Positions 1 through 9,453 of a stretch of 64,000 bases of DNA are shown here, in pieces. The first letter of the stretch is position 1. Each line of letters begins with the position of its first letter. The DNA is from a virus. The stretch covers positions 21,834 through 85,833 of the IMG/VR virus record IMGVR_UViG_3300028844_005756. The stretch is one strand, 5' to 3'. The position numbers were made by a program, and so were the translations under genes. The notes under the pieces are model-generated. The model searched no databases and was not told where the DNA came from. It was given only the letters and a program-made list of their open reading frames with translations.

Positions 1-2
1 CC

Positions 3-2357
3 TCCCGTGAACTCCTCATGTTGCATGAAGCATCACATGCTCTCCACACACCTGAATTTGGTACTCATGAAAAAGCCAAAGAATATGAGCAAGTTTTCAG
101 AACTATTCTAAATGTTTTGGAAGACAAACGCATAGAAGATATGATGAAAGAAAAGTTTCCCGGTTCAAAAGCCACATTTATTCGTGGATTTTTTGAGCTT
201 GTGAACAAGAACTTTTTTGGCATTCGTTTTCATGACAGTACAGAAGAACTTAGTTTAATTGATAGAATGAATCTACATTTTAAAGGTGATTATTACTTTG
301 AATGTGAATTCACAGAAGAGGAGCAATATTGGGTAGACCGCGCCGTACAAAATAAGACCTTTGAGGAAGTGTATCAAAATGCTCTAGAATTGTTTGAGTG
401 GATTAAAAAAGAATACTCTAAAGAAGTGTTGGAAAACATCAAATTCAATTTGGATGATTTGCAATTTGGTGATAGTGATTATGATGTTGATGGTAATCCA
501 ATTCAAATGGATTTAGACAAAGTTAAAGAATCTATTGGTGAAGAAGCATTTGAAGAATTGATGAACGCAATTGAAGAGAATAGAAAAGAAGATGCGGAAA
601 ATATTATCAATCAAAATCTAAAGGATGATAGACTAGATTTTGCTGAGAATAATTCTGCGAAAACAGATCAGAATTGGGAAAAGAACCAAGAAAATTTCAT
701 GAAGGATAGAGAGAATCAATACAATTCTTTCTCATACCGACATCCGCTAAATCTTAATATTCCAAGAAGAATCAATTGTGATGATTTTATTGTTAAAAAT
801 AGAGTTGTCACTGAAACATTAACAGAAAATTTTTCATATCTTTCCGATACAGAAAGAGAAAGTTTTCAAAACTTTATGAAAAAGCATAAAGATTCTATGC
901 GACAGATTCTCTCTCATATGGTTAGAGAATTTTATCGCAAAAAAGCTGCAGAAGATTATCGTAGAACGCAAGAATCTAAAACTGGTAATCTTGACTTGCA
1001 CAAATTACCACATTACAAATATAATTCCGATTTGTTCCTAAACAAGTCTGTGATAAAAGATGAAAAAAATCATGGGTTTGTGTTGCTTCTAGATTGGTCT
1101 GGCTCCATGAGTTCAATCATGACCAATGCAATTTTACAATTAATCAATAAAGTTACTTTCTGTAAAGCGATTGATGTTCCATTTGTAGCATATGCATTTT
1201 CATCCGAAGCAGGAAAAAGCTATGATACTCCACAAGATATTGTGGTACATGCAACAGATGAAAATGATTTAAGAATCGGTTATACTTATAAACTAATAGA
1301 GTTGTGTGATTCTACTAGAAAGAATTATGAAGAACAACTCCGAAATCTATATTATCTTGCATATTGCTTCATCAATAATAACATGATACCAGTTCATAGA
1401 TATACATCAATGAAAAATTCTTGTGATGAATATCTACGCATACATGGTAATGAAAAAGTAGATTCATTTCCTCAACAAAATTGGAGAGTAAGACAATTAG
1501 AACAATCTGTTGTTTTGAGTGATTTGTTTGAATTGGGTTCTACTCCACTGAACGATAGTTTAGTATTGATGAACCACGTATTACCCAAAACACAACAACG
1601 TATGAATGTGGATATCATGAACTTCATTACCATTACAGATGGTGATAGTGATTTTATTCAATCCCCAGCAAAGGTTAGCGATTCAAAGACATACAAACAA
1701 AATTGTCATCCGAAGAAAAATACCGAAACTTATACTGAGGACTCTATTGAAATTGATAAATTATATACAATTTTTGGAAGAAATGGTACAGCATCTAATA
1801 GACGGGGTGATAACACAATTTTCTTACGTTCACTGTATTCAGATAAGATCTATGATTTAACAATGCCAGAAATGAAAGATGGTGGATATGGCCATTCAAA
1901 GAGCAGAGAACGTACACGTACATTTGCTAAAGTATTGAAACAAGAAACCGGTGCGAATGTTATTAGCATTGAGTTGCTACCTAATAACAACAACTCTTTC
2001 AAAAAAACCATCATGTCAATGTATAACACTGATGATTTTGAAAAAATTGAAAAAATCTCCGCTGATTATCGCAAGAATGGTTTTGCAGTAATTGAAAATG
2101 GCTATGACAAAATCTTTGCAGTGAACACAAATGTAATCTGTGAAGAATCATACAATCGTAATTACTATTACGATGTTTCTAATCTAGATGAAGAACGTGA
2201 TTATTTTGATGATATCACTCAAACTAAGGATGGTAAATATACTACCAAACAATTGAAGAATGCACTTGTGAAAAATTCTTCTCAAAAAGCAAAACGGAAG
2301 TTCCTTGCTTCCAGAATTGTTGATATTATTTCCGATAAACAGAAAATTTCTGCTTGA
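3..2357 (+). CDS. HExxH metallopeptidase-like + VWA domain protein (CobT-like partner of CobS); 5'-truncated by window edge
   Basis: Frame open to window start; HEASH motif; VWA MIDAS DWSGSM, TP and TDG motifs; lies directly upstream of a MoxR/CobS ATPase as in T4-like marine phages. Confidence 0.8.
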   Translation, partial: SRELLMLHEASHALHTPEFGTHEKAKEYEQVFRTILNVLEDKRIEDMMKEKFPGSKATFIRGFFELVNKNFFGIRFHDSTEELSLIDRMNLHFKGDYYFECEFTEEEQYWVDRAVQNKTFEEVYQNALELFEWIKKEYSKEVLENIKFNLDDLQFGDSDYDVDGNPIQMDLDKVKESIGEEAFEELMNAIEENRKEDAENIINQNLKDDRLDFAENNSAKTDQNWEKNQENFMKDRENQYNSFSYRHPLNLNIPRRINCDDFIVKNRVVTETLTENFSYLSDTERESFQNFMKKHKDSMRQILSHMVREFYRKKAAEDYRRTQESKTGNLDLHKLPHYKYNSDLFLNKSVIKDEKNHGFVLLLDWSGSMSSIMTNAILQLINKVTFCKAIDVPFVAYAFSSEAGKSYDTPQDIVVHATDENDLRIGYTYKLIELCDSTRKNYEEQLRNLYYLAYCFINNNMIPVHRYTSMKNSCDEYLRIHGNEKVDSFPQQNWRVRQLEQSVVLSDLFELGSTPLNDSLVLMNHVLPKTQQRMNVDIMNFITITDGDSDFIQSPAKVSDSKTYKQNCHPKKNTETYTEDSIEIDKLYTIFGRNGTASNRRGDNTIFLRSLYSDKIYDLTMPEMKDGGYGHSKSRERTRTFAKVLKQETGANVISIELLPNNNNSFKKTIMSMYNTDDFEKIEKISADYRKNGFAVIENGYDKIFAVNTNVICEESYNRNYYYDVSNLDEERDYFDDITQTKDGKYTTKQLKNALVKNSSQKAKRKFLASRIVDIISDKQKISA

Positions 2358-2382
2358 CATTTCTCCACAACACTGATATACT
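2354..2382 (+). promoter_or_regulatory. sigma70-type early promoter TTGACA-N17-TATACT
   Basis: TTGACA 2354-2359, TATACT 2377-2382; related copies at 14823 and 15290. Confidence 0.8.
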
Positions 2383-2424
2383 ATTTCAGTGTTGTGGATT
2401 TCCCCTATAATCAAGGAGATTATT

Positions 2425-3753
2425 ATGAGCCGTGAGATTGAACTTGTACGTGAACACCTGAATAATGACGTTGCTACTCGCAAAGAGATTGTTGTTGCTG
2501 CTAAAGAACTTGGAATCAAACATGGTCCTGTGTTGCGAAAAGCAGAGAAAATTTCTCATGGTGTTTATAAATTGGAGACTGTATTGAAAAAGACCCCACC
2601 TGTTAAAGAAAAAGTTGTAAATTTTCGGCCTAAACAAGAAGAGGTGAGTAAAGGTTATATACCTGAAAAAGACCCTTGCTTTGTTGCTTTTGGAGACTTC
2701 AGCGTAGTAGATGCCGTAATTGCATCCAAACGTTTCATGCCTGTCGTAATTACTGGCGATTCTGGTAATGGCAAGACTAAAATGGTAGAGCAAGCTTGTG
2801 CCAAAAACAAGCGTAATTTCTATCGTATGAATATTACTGTTGAAACAGATGAGATGGATATTCTTGGCCACTACAATCTGATTAATGGTGAAACAGTATG
2901 GGAGGACTCCCCACTAGTGGAAGCCGCTAAAGTTGGTGGCATTGTATTACTAGATGAAATCTTTGCTGGCAATCCAGCACGGATGTTGGCATTGCAAGGT
3001 ATTCTAGAAGGCAAGCCATTTCTAATCAAGAAAACTGGTGAACGTGTTATTCCGGCAGAAGGATTCAATATTATTGCAACTGACAATACAAAGGGGAATG
3101 GTTCTGAATCTGGACGTTACATCGGAACTAACATTCAAAACACCGCATTTCTTGAGCGATTTGTAATGTGTATTGACCATGACTATCCACCAAAAGCTAA
3201 AGAAATCAAGATGTTGGATAAGTACATTGAAGTATACAATATCAATATTGATGATAAGGATTATACAAATAAACTTGCGCAATGGGCAGAAGTCACTCGC
3301 AAATCTTACAAAGATGGTGCAATTGATGAACTTGTAACAACACGGAGATTGTTTCATATTTTGAACATTTATTCCGTATTGAACGATAAAGAAAAAGCTA
3401 TTCAATACGCAATCTCTAGATTTGATGAAGAAGTGCGAGATTCCTTCTTATCACTTTATAAAAAGATTGATGAAACTGTTGTTGACCCTAATCATCAACC
3501 AATTGAAAAGGAAAACCTAGTAACATTAGACCAACTTATAGATGAAGTTTTTGATGAGAAAGAAAAACAACATTATTTATTAGATTCTGCTGATTATGAT
3601 GAAAGGCATAAGTTGTTCAAATTATATCTTGAAACTTTGGAAGAATATACAGAATTAGAGCAATCTTATGATAGAGTTTTGCAAGCCGATTTGATTTATC
3701 AACGAAAACTTTTAATTGAAAAATTGTGGAATATTTTTGATTCCGCTTCTTAA
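2425..3753 (+). CDS. cobS: CobS/MoxR-like AAA+ ATPase
   Basis: Walker A GDSGNGKT, Walker B LLDE, NT-G-G and FLERF, TTRRL motifs; AAGGAG SD before ATG 2425. Confidence 0.85.
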   Translation: MSREIELVREHLNNDVATRKEIVVAAKELGIKHGPVLRKAEKISHGVYKLETVLKKTPPVKEKVVNFRPKQEEVSKGYIPEKDPCFVAFGDFSVVDAVIASKRFMPVVITGDSGNGKTKMVEQACAKNKRNFYRMNITVETDEMDILGHYNLINGETVWEDSPLVEAAKVGGIVLLDEIFAGNPARMLALQGILEGKPFLIKKTGERVIPAEGFNIIATDNTKGNGSESGRYIGTNIQNTAFLERFVMCIDHDYPPKAKEIKMLDKYIEVYNINIDDKDYTNKLAQWAEVTRKSYKDGAIDELVTTRRLFHILNIYSVLNDKEKAIQYAISRFDEEVRDSFLSLYKKIDETVVDPNHQPIEKENLVTLDQLIDEVFDEKEKQHYLLDSADYDERHKLFKLYLETLEEYTELEQSYDRVLQADLIYQRKLLIEKLWNIFDSAS

Positions 3754-3761
3754 AACATCCT

Positions 3762-3805
3762 AAATAGTAGAGAAACAGTGGTAGTGTAAGTGTTCTCTAC
3801 TATTT
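3762..3805 (+). terminator. 13-bp stem-loop (probable terminator) overlapping a CTAAATA late-promoter-like motif
   Basis: AAATAGTAGAGAA / TTCTCTACTATTT perfect inverted repeat followed by a T-rich tract. Confidence 0.5.
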
Positions 3806-3830
3806 TATTAATTTATTTTGGAGTATATTA

Positions 3831-4730
3831 ATGGCTGAAGCAGAAAATACTGGTAATGTGTCCCCAGGTATGAAAACACAATTAGAACCTAAAGACTTTG
3901 AAGGTAAAAGTTTGATGGTTTGTATGCCTTGTTATGGTGGAATGATGGTAGCTGAAACAGCATCTCGCCTAATTGACCTCAACACTCTTTGTTCTTATTT
4001 CGGAATTAAACTTCAGTGTAAATTTATTATGAATGAAAGTTTGATTCAGAGAGCCAGAAACTATCTCACGCATTATTTTGAAATTTCCGATTTCACTCAT
4101 ATGATGTTTATTGATGCTGATATTGTTTTTGATCCAAGAGATGTATTACATTTATTACATCTTTCAGATGAAGACCATCAAGTCATTGGTGGACTTTATC
4201 CTAAAAAACATATTCTTTGGCCGAGAGTAGATAAGGCAGCAAAGGTTCCCGGATTTTTAGATGATCCTAATAAATTATCAGAATTTGGTGGGGATTTCGT
4301 TTTTAATCCCGCACATAGAGGTGAAATTGAAATTTTTAAGCCTGTAGAAGTTTTAGAAATCGGAACTGGTTTTATGATGATTAGTAAAACTGCACTAGAA
4401 ACATATCGTAATGCATATCCTAATTATGAATATAGACCAGACCATAATCATTCAAAAGATTTTAATGGTTCAAAAAATATTACTGCATATTTTCATGTAG
4501 ACTTCGACAGACCAGATACAACTGGTGGTGAAACTAATCGTCTTCTTTCTGAAGATTATTTCTTTTGTCAAATGTCACGTAAAGCAGGAACTAAAATCTG
4601 GGCATGTCCTTGGATGCAATTGAGTCATGTAGGAACTTACGTATATCGTGGTTCTGTACAAGCACTTGCTGCAATGGAACAAGTGAGTACAAGACAACAA
4701 GAAATTCCTACAATTGATATTAAAGGTTAA
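3831..4730 (+). CDS. GT-A fold (GT2-like) glycosyltransferase
   Basis: PCYGG, ESLIQRARN, FIDAD (DxD), GTGFMMI, LSEDYFFC motifs. Confidence 0.75.
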   Translation: MAEAENTGNVSPGMKTQLEPKDFEGKSLMVCMPCYGGMMVAETASRLIDLNTLCSYFGIKLQCKFIMNESLIQRARNYLTHYFEISDFTHMMFIDADIVFDPRDVLHLLHLSDEDHQVIGGLYPKKHILWPRVDKAAKVPGFLDDPNKLSEFGGDFVFNPAHRGEIEIFKPVEVLEIGTGFMMISKTALETYRNAYPNYEYRPDHNHSKDFNGSKNITAYFHVDFDRPDTTGGETNRLLSEDYFFCQMSRKAGTKIWACPWMQLSHVGTYVYRGSVQALAAMEQVSTRQQEIPTIDIKG

Positions 4731-4763
4731 AAAAACTTTACTTTTTTAAAATTATATGGTATA

Positions 4764-5018
4764 ATGTTGATATATATTCAACCACATGAATTATTAGGAC
4801 GGTTTAAAAATAATCAAGAATTAATTGAAAGTATGTATAATCTTGGAATAGATTATGAGACAAACACATTAGATTGTGTATTTGAAGATGAGTGTGTTCC
4901 AGTTTTTAGTTTTAAGAAATATGGTTTTCTCCAAGATAATCGTTGGAGTACTTACGAAATTTCTAAAGGTTCGGCTGGTATTTTAATTGAAATTGTGATC
5001 TCAAAAGAGGAGTATTAA
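4764..5018 (+). CDS. hypothetical protein
   Basis: ORF in operon context; start overlaps a TATAAT box, so the start is uncertain. Confidence 0.5.
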   Translation: MLIYIQPHELLGRFKNNQELIESMYNLGIDYETNTLDCVFEDECVPVFSFKKYGFLQDNRWSTYEISKGSAGILIEIVISKEEY

Positions 5019-5020
5019 TT

Positions 5021-5722
5021 ATGATGAAACTTTCAAAATCAGACCTATTGTTCTTATCTAACTTTGCTTCAATCAATGAATCAATTCATATCTATGAAGG
5101 AGCAATGCAAAGTACAGTTGCCAATTCTGGAAATTTATTTGCATTTGCCTCCTTTGATGAGGATTTTCCAAAAGAGTTTTGTATCTTTGATTTAAATCAT
5201 TTTATTTCTGTGTACTCTTTAGTTTCATCTACAGGAGATACAGTTTTAGAATTTCCAGAAGATAAACAATATCTGGTAATTAAATCAGATAAAACAAGCC
5301 AAGACATTCGCTTTTGTGATGCCAAACTTGTAGAAGAATTAGATAGAAATAAAAAGTATGTAATTGAAAAACCAGATATTGTATTTACAATTAGTGAGTC
5401 ATTATTAGAGTATGGTAAAAAATCTGCCGCTATTAATGGTTTTACTAATTTAGTTTTTGAAGGTGATGAAACTGATATCTATATGGTTTCTGAAACCATT
5501 ACAAATAATAGTAATAATTCTTCTGAAAGACATCGTAGAAAAATTGAACAATCAAATACATCCGGACAATCATTTTCTGCTGTATTTGAAGTTTCTAAAT
5601 TAAAAATGTTGAGTGATGATTATGAAGTGAGAATTGCTGCAAAGGGCGGAGCACAGTTTACATCAAAAAATCGTGATTATAAATTTTTTGTAGCACTTCA
5701 ACAACCCGTAACTTTTGAATAG
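5021..5722 (+). CDS. gp45: DNA polymerase sliding clamp (T4 gp45-like)
   Basis: MKLS..L.NFASIN, FP.EF.IFDL..F, LKML.DDY.V motifs; size; synteny cobS-gp45-gp44. Confidence 0.9.
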   Translation: MMKLSKSDLLFLSNFASINESIHIYEGAMQSTVANSGNLFAFASFDEDFPKEFCIFDLNHFISVYSLVSSTGDTVLEFPEDKQYLVIKSDKTSQDIRFCDAKLVEELDRNKKYVIEKPDIVFTISESLLEYGKKSAAINGFTNLVFEGDETDIYMVSETITNNSNNSSERHRRKIEQSNTSGQSFSAVFEVSKLKMLSDDYEVRIAAKGGAQFTSKNRDYKFFVALQQPVTFE

Positions 5723-5729
5723 GATTAAT

Positions 5730-6038
5730 ATGTCTTATAATGTTTGTTCCTGTAAACTTTCTACAGGTGAAGAAATTATTGCTAAAATAGATGAAGGTCA
5801 AAATTTTTTAAACCAATCCGGCATTATAGAACTAAAACAACCTTTTGTGTTAATACAAACACAGCAGGGTATTGGAGTTATGCCTTGGATAAACACAGGT
5901 TCAACAGAATCGGTAACAATTAAAACAAGTCACGTTGTTACAATTGTTAAGACTAAATCAGAAGTAGAAGCTATGTATGTTAAAGCAACTTCAGGTATTG
6001 ATATTGCAACAACAGATGCATCCTCTATTATCATGTAA
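5730..6038 (+). CDS. Sm-like-fold conserved phage protein
   Basis: KLSTGEEIIA...PW...Y..TSGI pattern common in T4-like phages. Confidence 0.6.
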   Translation: MSYNVCSCKLSTGEEIIAKIDEGQNFLNQSGIIELKQPFVLIQTQQGIGVMPWINTGSTESVTIKTSHVVTIVKTKSEVEAMYVKATSGIDIATTDASSIIM

Positions 6039-6039
6039 T

Positions 6040-6612
6040 ATGAAAAACACGATTATAAGCTTGAGTGTACTTATGATATCCTCTATTACCATAAGTGCAA
6101 ATGAAAAAACATCTAACATGTTTTATGATAACTCAAGATTTGAAAGAAGTGTAAAATATTGCATACTAAAGGCGAATAAAAAACAATATTTTGACTTTAT
6201 AAAATCTATATTTTTGAAATATAATTTACCAAATAAATTAATTTTTATTCCTGTTATTGAAAGTTGTTTTAACCCCTATGCTAAATCTTCTCAAGGTGCA
6301 TTAGGAATGTGGCAAATCAATGATATTACTGCCAGACATATTGGACTAAGAGAAGGTTTTTTCACAGATGAAAGATATAACTGGAAAAAATCTACAGTTG
6401 CTGCAGCAAAATATTTATTATTTTTAAAAGAAAGATTTGATAGTTGGGAATTAGTTCTTGCGGCATATAATGTAGGCCCAACTTTTTTGAAAAGTCAAAT
6501 TGTAAAACATAAAACTTCTAATATTGAGAAATTGAAATTACCTAAAGAAACCAAAGATTATGTTTATAAATTTAGAGCATTATTTAAATATTTAAAATTA
6601 TCAAGGAGTTAA
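6040..6612 (+). CDS. SLT-domain lytic transglycosylase with N-terminal signal/SAR segment
   Basis: IES.FNP.A.S..GA.GMWQ, AAAKYL, LAAYN.G, ET..YV motifs; hydrophobic N-terminus. Confidence 0.88.
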   Translation: MKNTIISLSVLMISSITISANEKTSNMFYDNSRFERSVKYCILKANKKQYFDFIKSIFLKYNLPNKLIFIPVIESCFNPYAKSSQGALGMWQINDITARHIGLREGFFTDERYNWKKSTVAAAKYLLFLKERFDSWELVLAAYNVGPTFLKSQIVKHKTSNIEKLKLPKETKDYVYKFRALFKYLKLSRS

Positions 6613-6616
6613 TAGT

Positions 6617-6928
6617 ATGAGCAGCAATCAACCTAATAGTTTAACATCTGTTGTATTACCATCAGCAGAAGCAGATATTAAGGCAATTCAAAGAGTGTTA
6701 AAAGAAGTTTCTGATTGTATGACAAGAATTGATTCAGAAAAAGATTTTATTAAAGATGCTTTAGGTGATTTATCAAAGCAATATCAAATTCCAAAAGTAA
6801 TGTTAAATCGTGTAGCAAAAGCTTTTCATAAAAGAAATATTGCTGAAGAACGTGCAAAAACAGAGGATGTTTTTTATTTGTATGATGGAATATTTTCTAC
6901 CATAAAACAAGTAGAGAATGAAACATGA
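6617..6928 (+). CDS. T4 DsbA-like double-stranded DNA-binding protein
   Basis: LKE.S..MTRI..E..FIKD, K..LN..AK.FHK pattern; ~100 aa. Confidence 0.65.
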   Translation: MSSNQPNSLTSVVLPSAEADIKAIQRVLKEVSDCMTRIDSEKDFIKDALGDLSKQYQIPKVMLNRVAKAFHKRNIAEERAKTEDVFYLYDGIFSTIKQVENET

Positions 6929-7017
6929 CTTCAATGATTTTATTTGCTATCGGACTTGGATTGGGTTTTGGTGCTGGCATTTACCTGTCAAAAAATGTGT
7001 TGACAACTAAAGAATAA
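6925..7017 (+). CDS. small single-pass membrane protein (30 aa), not in ORF track
   Basis: ATGA overlap with upstream stop; MTSMILFAIGLGLGFGAGIYLSKNVLTTKE. Confidence 0.5.
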   Translation: MTSMILFAIGLGLGFGAGIYLSKNVLTTKE

Positions 7018-7028
7018 TTTGTTATAAT
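7000..7028 (+). promoter_or_regulatory. sigma70 consensus promoter TTGACA-N17-TATAAT
   Basis: Perfect consensus hexamers at 17-bp spacing, TG extension. Confidence 0.8.
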
Positions 7029-7037
7029 GGAGTTGTT

Positions 7038-7232
7038 ATGAGAAGTAATAATAGGTTTGCAAAAGGAATTCGTAGAAAAGGAGCAATTGAGCGACTTGAA
7101 AAGAATATTGCAGACTATGTGACTCTTATGAAAGAGACTAAAGACAAGGATACTTTGAAAAAATATGAGCAAAAAATTGAAAGGCATCGGACTGCCGTTG
7201 AGAATACAAAGAAGAATTTGAAAAATATTTAA
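7038..7232 (+). CDS. small basic coiled-coil hypothetical protein
   Basis: GGAG SD, ORF downstream of promoter. Confidence 0.6.
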   Translation: MRSNNRFAKGIRRKGAIERLEKNIADYVTLMKETKDKDTLKKYEQKIERHRTAVENTKKNLKNI

Positions 7233-7362
7233 ATGGAGTTATATTTTGAACTACCTAAAAATAAACAAATGTCTTTAAACCTGGAGTATGCAGATGCCAT
7301 ACAAAAAAATGAATGAATAATTAATAGAGTGTAAATGCATAAATTTATATAATGGTATTATT

Positions 7363-8310
7363 ATGATTGTACGTGATGAATTTTTATGGGTACAGAAGTA
7401 TCGCCCTAAAAGTGTTAATGATTTAATTTTACCAGAAGATATTAAAAATACTTTAATATCTTTTGTTGAACAAGGTAGTTTGCCTAATTTTTTATTTCAT
7501 TCGCAATCAGGCGGTACTGGTAAGACTAGTGCCGCTCTCGCTATAGCTCATCAATTAAACCTAGAAGTAATGATGATCAATGCTTCTGAAGAAAGAAGTA
7601 TTGATATTATTCGTACAAAAATGACAGATTTCTGTTCTGCTATGTCTGTTGATGGCAGAAGAAAAATGTTAATTCTTGATGAGGCAGACCATCTTCCTGA
7701 TTTAAGTCAAAACGCTTTGAGAAACTTTTTTGAAAAGTTTTCTTCAAACTGTTCATTTGTTATGACTGCAAATCAAGCACAAAGAATTATTGCACCACTT
7801 CAATCAAGATGTGCAGTAATTGAATTTAAATTTCCAAAAGAAGAAAAACCCAAACTTGCTGGTGAGTTTTATCTAAGAGTGTGTCATATTCTTGACAGTG
7901 AAAACGTATCTTACGATAAAAAATTAATTCAACATGCAATTGTGCATTTCTTTCCGGATTTTCGCAGATGTATAAATGAACTCCAAAGATATAGTGCAAG
8001 TGGAGAATTATCAAATAATATTTTATCAAATGTTCAAAATGAAAGTATTGAAAACTTATTAGAGGCTATTGAAAATAAAAAATTTCAGTTAATAAGAAAA
8101 TTCATACTTGAAAATTGGCATGGTACTGAGCAAGAACTTTATCGTTCTCTCTACGAAGAACTTCTAAAAAATGCTAAACCAGAATGTATTCCCGATATTA
8201 TATTAATACTTTCTAAGTATGGATTTGAATCTACATTTGCTGTAGATAAAGAAATACATACATTAGCTTGTATGGTTGAACTAATGACATTACCTATACA
8301 ATTTAAGTGA
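7363..8310 (+). CDS. gp44: clamp loader large subunit (T4 gp44-like)
   Basis: LWVQKYRP, GTGKT, ILDEAD, LQSRC, FPDFRR.INELQRY. Confidence 0.95.
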   Translation: MIVRDEFLWVQKYRPKSVNDLILPEDIKNTLISFVEQGSLPNFLFHSQSGGTGKTSAALAIAHQLNLEVMMINASEERSIDIIRTKMTDFCSAMSVDGRRKMLILDEADHLPDLSQNALRNFFEKFSSNCSFVMTANQAQRIIAPLQSRCAVIEFKFPKEEKPKLAGEFYLRVCHILDSENVSYDKKLIQHAIVHFFPDFRRCINELQRYSASGELSNNILSNVQNESIENLLEAIENKKFQLIRKFILENWHGTEQELYRSLYEELLKNAKPECIPDIILILSKYGFESTFAVDKEIHTLACMVELMTLPIQFK

Positions 8311-8316
8311 GGTAAT

Positions 8317-8754
8317 ATGTCAACAAATGTTTTTGGTTTAGAGAACCATGAAGAAGTTGAATATGAATTAGAACCGCCCAAGAAAATAAATTTGTTTGAG
8401 TATGTAAAATCAATTAATACTAAAGAACAATATCTCGGAGATAATTTAGAAAATTACTCATCATATATAGTTAACAAGGCTATTGCCAGTTATCAAGATT
8501 GTATTTTTTTTGTAAAAGAGATGAATCTTTATCCTGCACTTAGTGATAAAATGGAGTATGACTTTTACTATTATAGTATTAGTAAAAGAAAAAGATTCGC
8601 TGAGTGGATGAAACGTGACCAAGATAAAATAGAACTTGTTAGCAAGTTTTATAATGTTTCTCTTAAAAAAGCTGCGGAGTTTCTGGATATACTATCCGAT
8701 AGTGAATTAAAAGACATAGAAAAATCACTAACTTATGGTGTTACAGAAAAATAA
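8317..8754 (+). CDS. gp62: clamp loader small subunit (T4 gp62-like)
   Basis: F.Y..SIN, YIVN, EMN, YDFY, KRKRF..W.K; follows gp44. Confidence 0.9.
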   Translation: MSTNVFGLENHEEVEYELEPPKKINLFEYVKSINTKEQYLGDNLENYSSYIVNKAIASYQDCIFFVKEMNLYPALSDKMEYDFYYYSISKRKRFAEWMKRDQDKIELVSKFYNVSLKKAAEFLDILSDSELKDIEKSLTYGVTEK

Positions 8755-8759
8755 AAAAA

Positions 8760-8767
8760 TATAAATA
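8760..8767 (+). promoter_or_regulatory. T4-type late promoter TATAAATA
   Basis: Exact motif in intergenic region upstream of regA. Confidence 0.5.
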
Positions 8768-8813
8768 TATTTGATGAGAATTATATGTTAAAATAAATTA
8801 TTAAGGAGATTTT

Positions 8814-9236
8814 ATGTTATCCGAAGATACTATGAACGAAGATATATTTCGTGGCGTTGGAGTGGAAGTAGATTTAAAAAGTCAAGATGATTTTTTAAAA
8901 GTTAGAGAAACATTAACTAGAATTGGAATAGCTTCTAAAAAAGAAAAAAAATTATACCAATCTTGCCATATACTACATAAACGTGGAAGATATGTAATTT
9001 TATCTTTTAAAGAACTTTTTAAATTAGATGGTAAAGAAAGTAACTTTACTGAATCAGATTTAGCTAGAAGAAACACAATTGCTAAATTACTTCATGATTG
9101 GAATTTAGTTGAAATTAAAGATTTAAATCAAGTAGAAGAACCTTTGGTTCCAATTTCTCAAATAAAAATAATTCCACATAAAGAAAAGATTCAATGGGAA
9201 TTGGTAGCTAAGTACCAAGTTGGTTCTAAAAATTAA
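8814..9236 (+). CDS. regA: translational repressor RegA
   Basis: DDFLKVRETLTRIGIAS...LYQSCHILHK.G.Y...FKELF.LDG; RRNTIAKLL.DW. Confidence 0.97.
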   Translation: MLSEDTMNEDIFRGVGVEVDLKSQDDFLKVRETLTRIGIASKKEKKLYQSCHILHKRGRYVILSFKELFKLDGKESNFTESDLARRNTIAKLLHDWNLVEIKDLNQVEEPLVPISQIKIIPHKEKIQWELVAKYQVGSKN

Positions 9237-9258
9237 TACCATTTACTAGTGATTTATT

Positions 9259-9453
9259 ATGAAAAAAATGACAGCATTCAAAAAAAGAACTAACATTAAA
9301 TTAATTGTTAGTTCTTTCAACACAAAAAAATTCATAAAAGAATTTATGAATTTAATGGATAATAAAGGTTTGAGTGAAGAACAAATAGATAAATTATTAT
9401 ATAATCATTGTCTATATGATAAAAATAGTCCATTAAAATTGAATAAAGGTTAA
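9259..9453 (+). CDS. hypothetical protein, paralog 1
   Basis: 64 aa; shares SFN.KKFI.EF and identical C-terminus with the next ORF. Confidence 0.65.
   Translation: MKKMTAFKKRTNIKLIVSSFNTKKFIKEFMNLMDNKGLSEEQIDKLLYNHCLYDKNSPLKLNKG

Noticed and set aside
3-3753. Cobalamin biosynthesis role for cobS/cobT
   Set aside because: MoxR ATPase + VWA pairs are common in T4-like phages and are more plausibly chaperones; no cobN or other cob genes
7233-7316. 27-aa ORF MELYFELPK... before gp44
   Set aside because: No SD and no distinguishing features; cannot be supported
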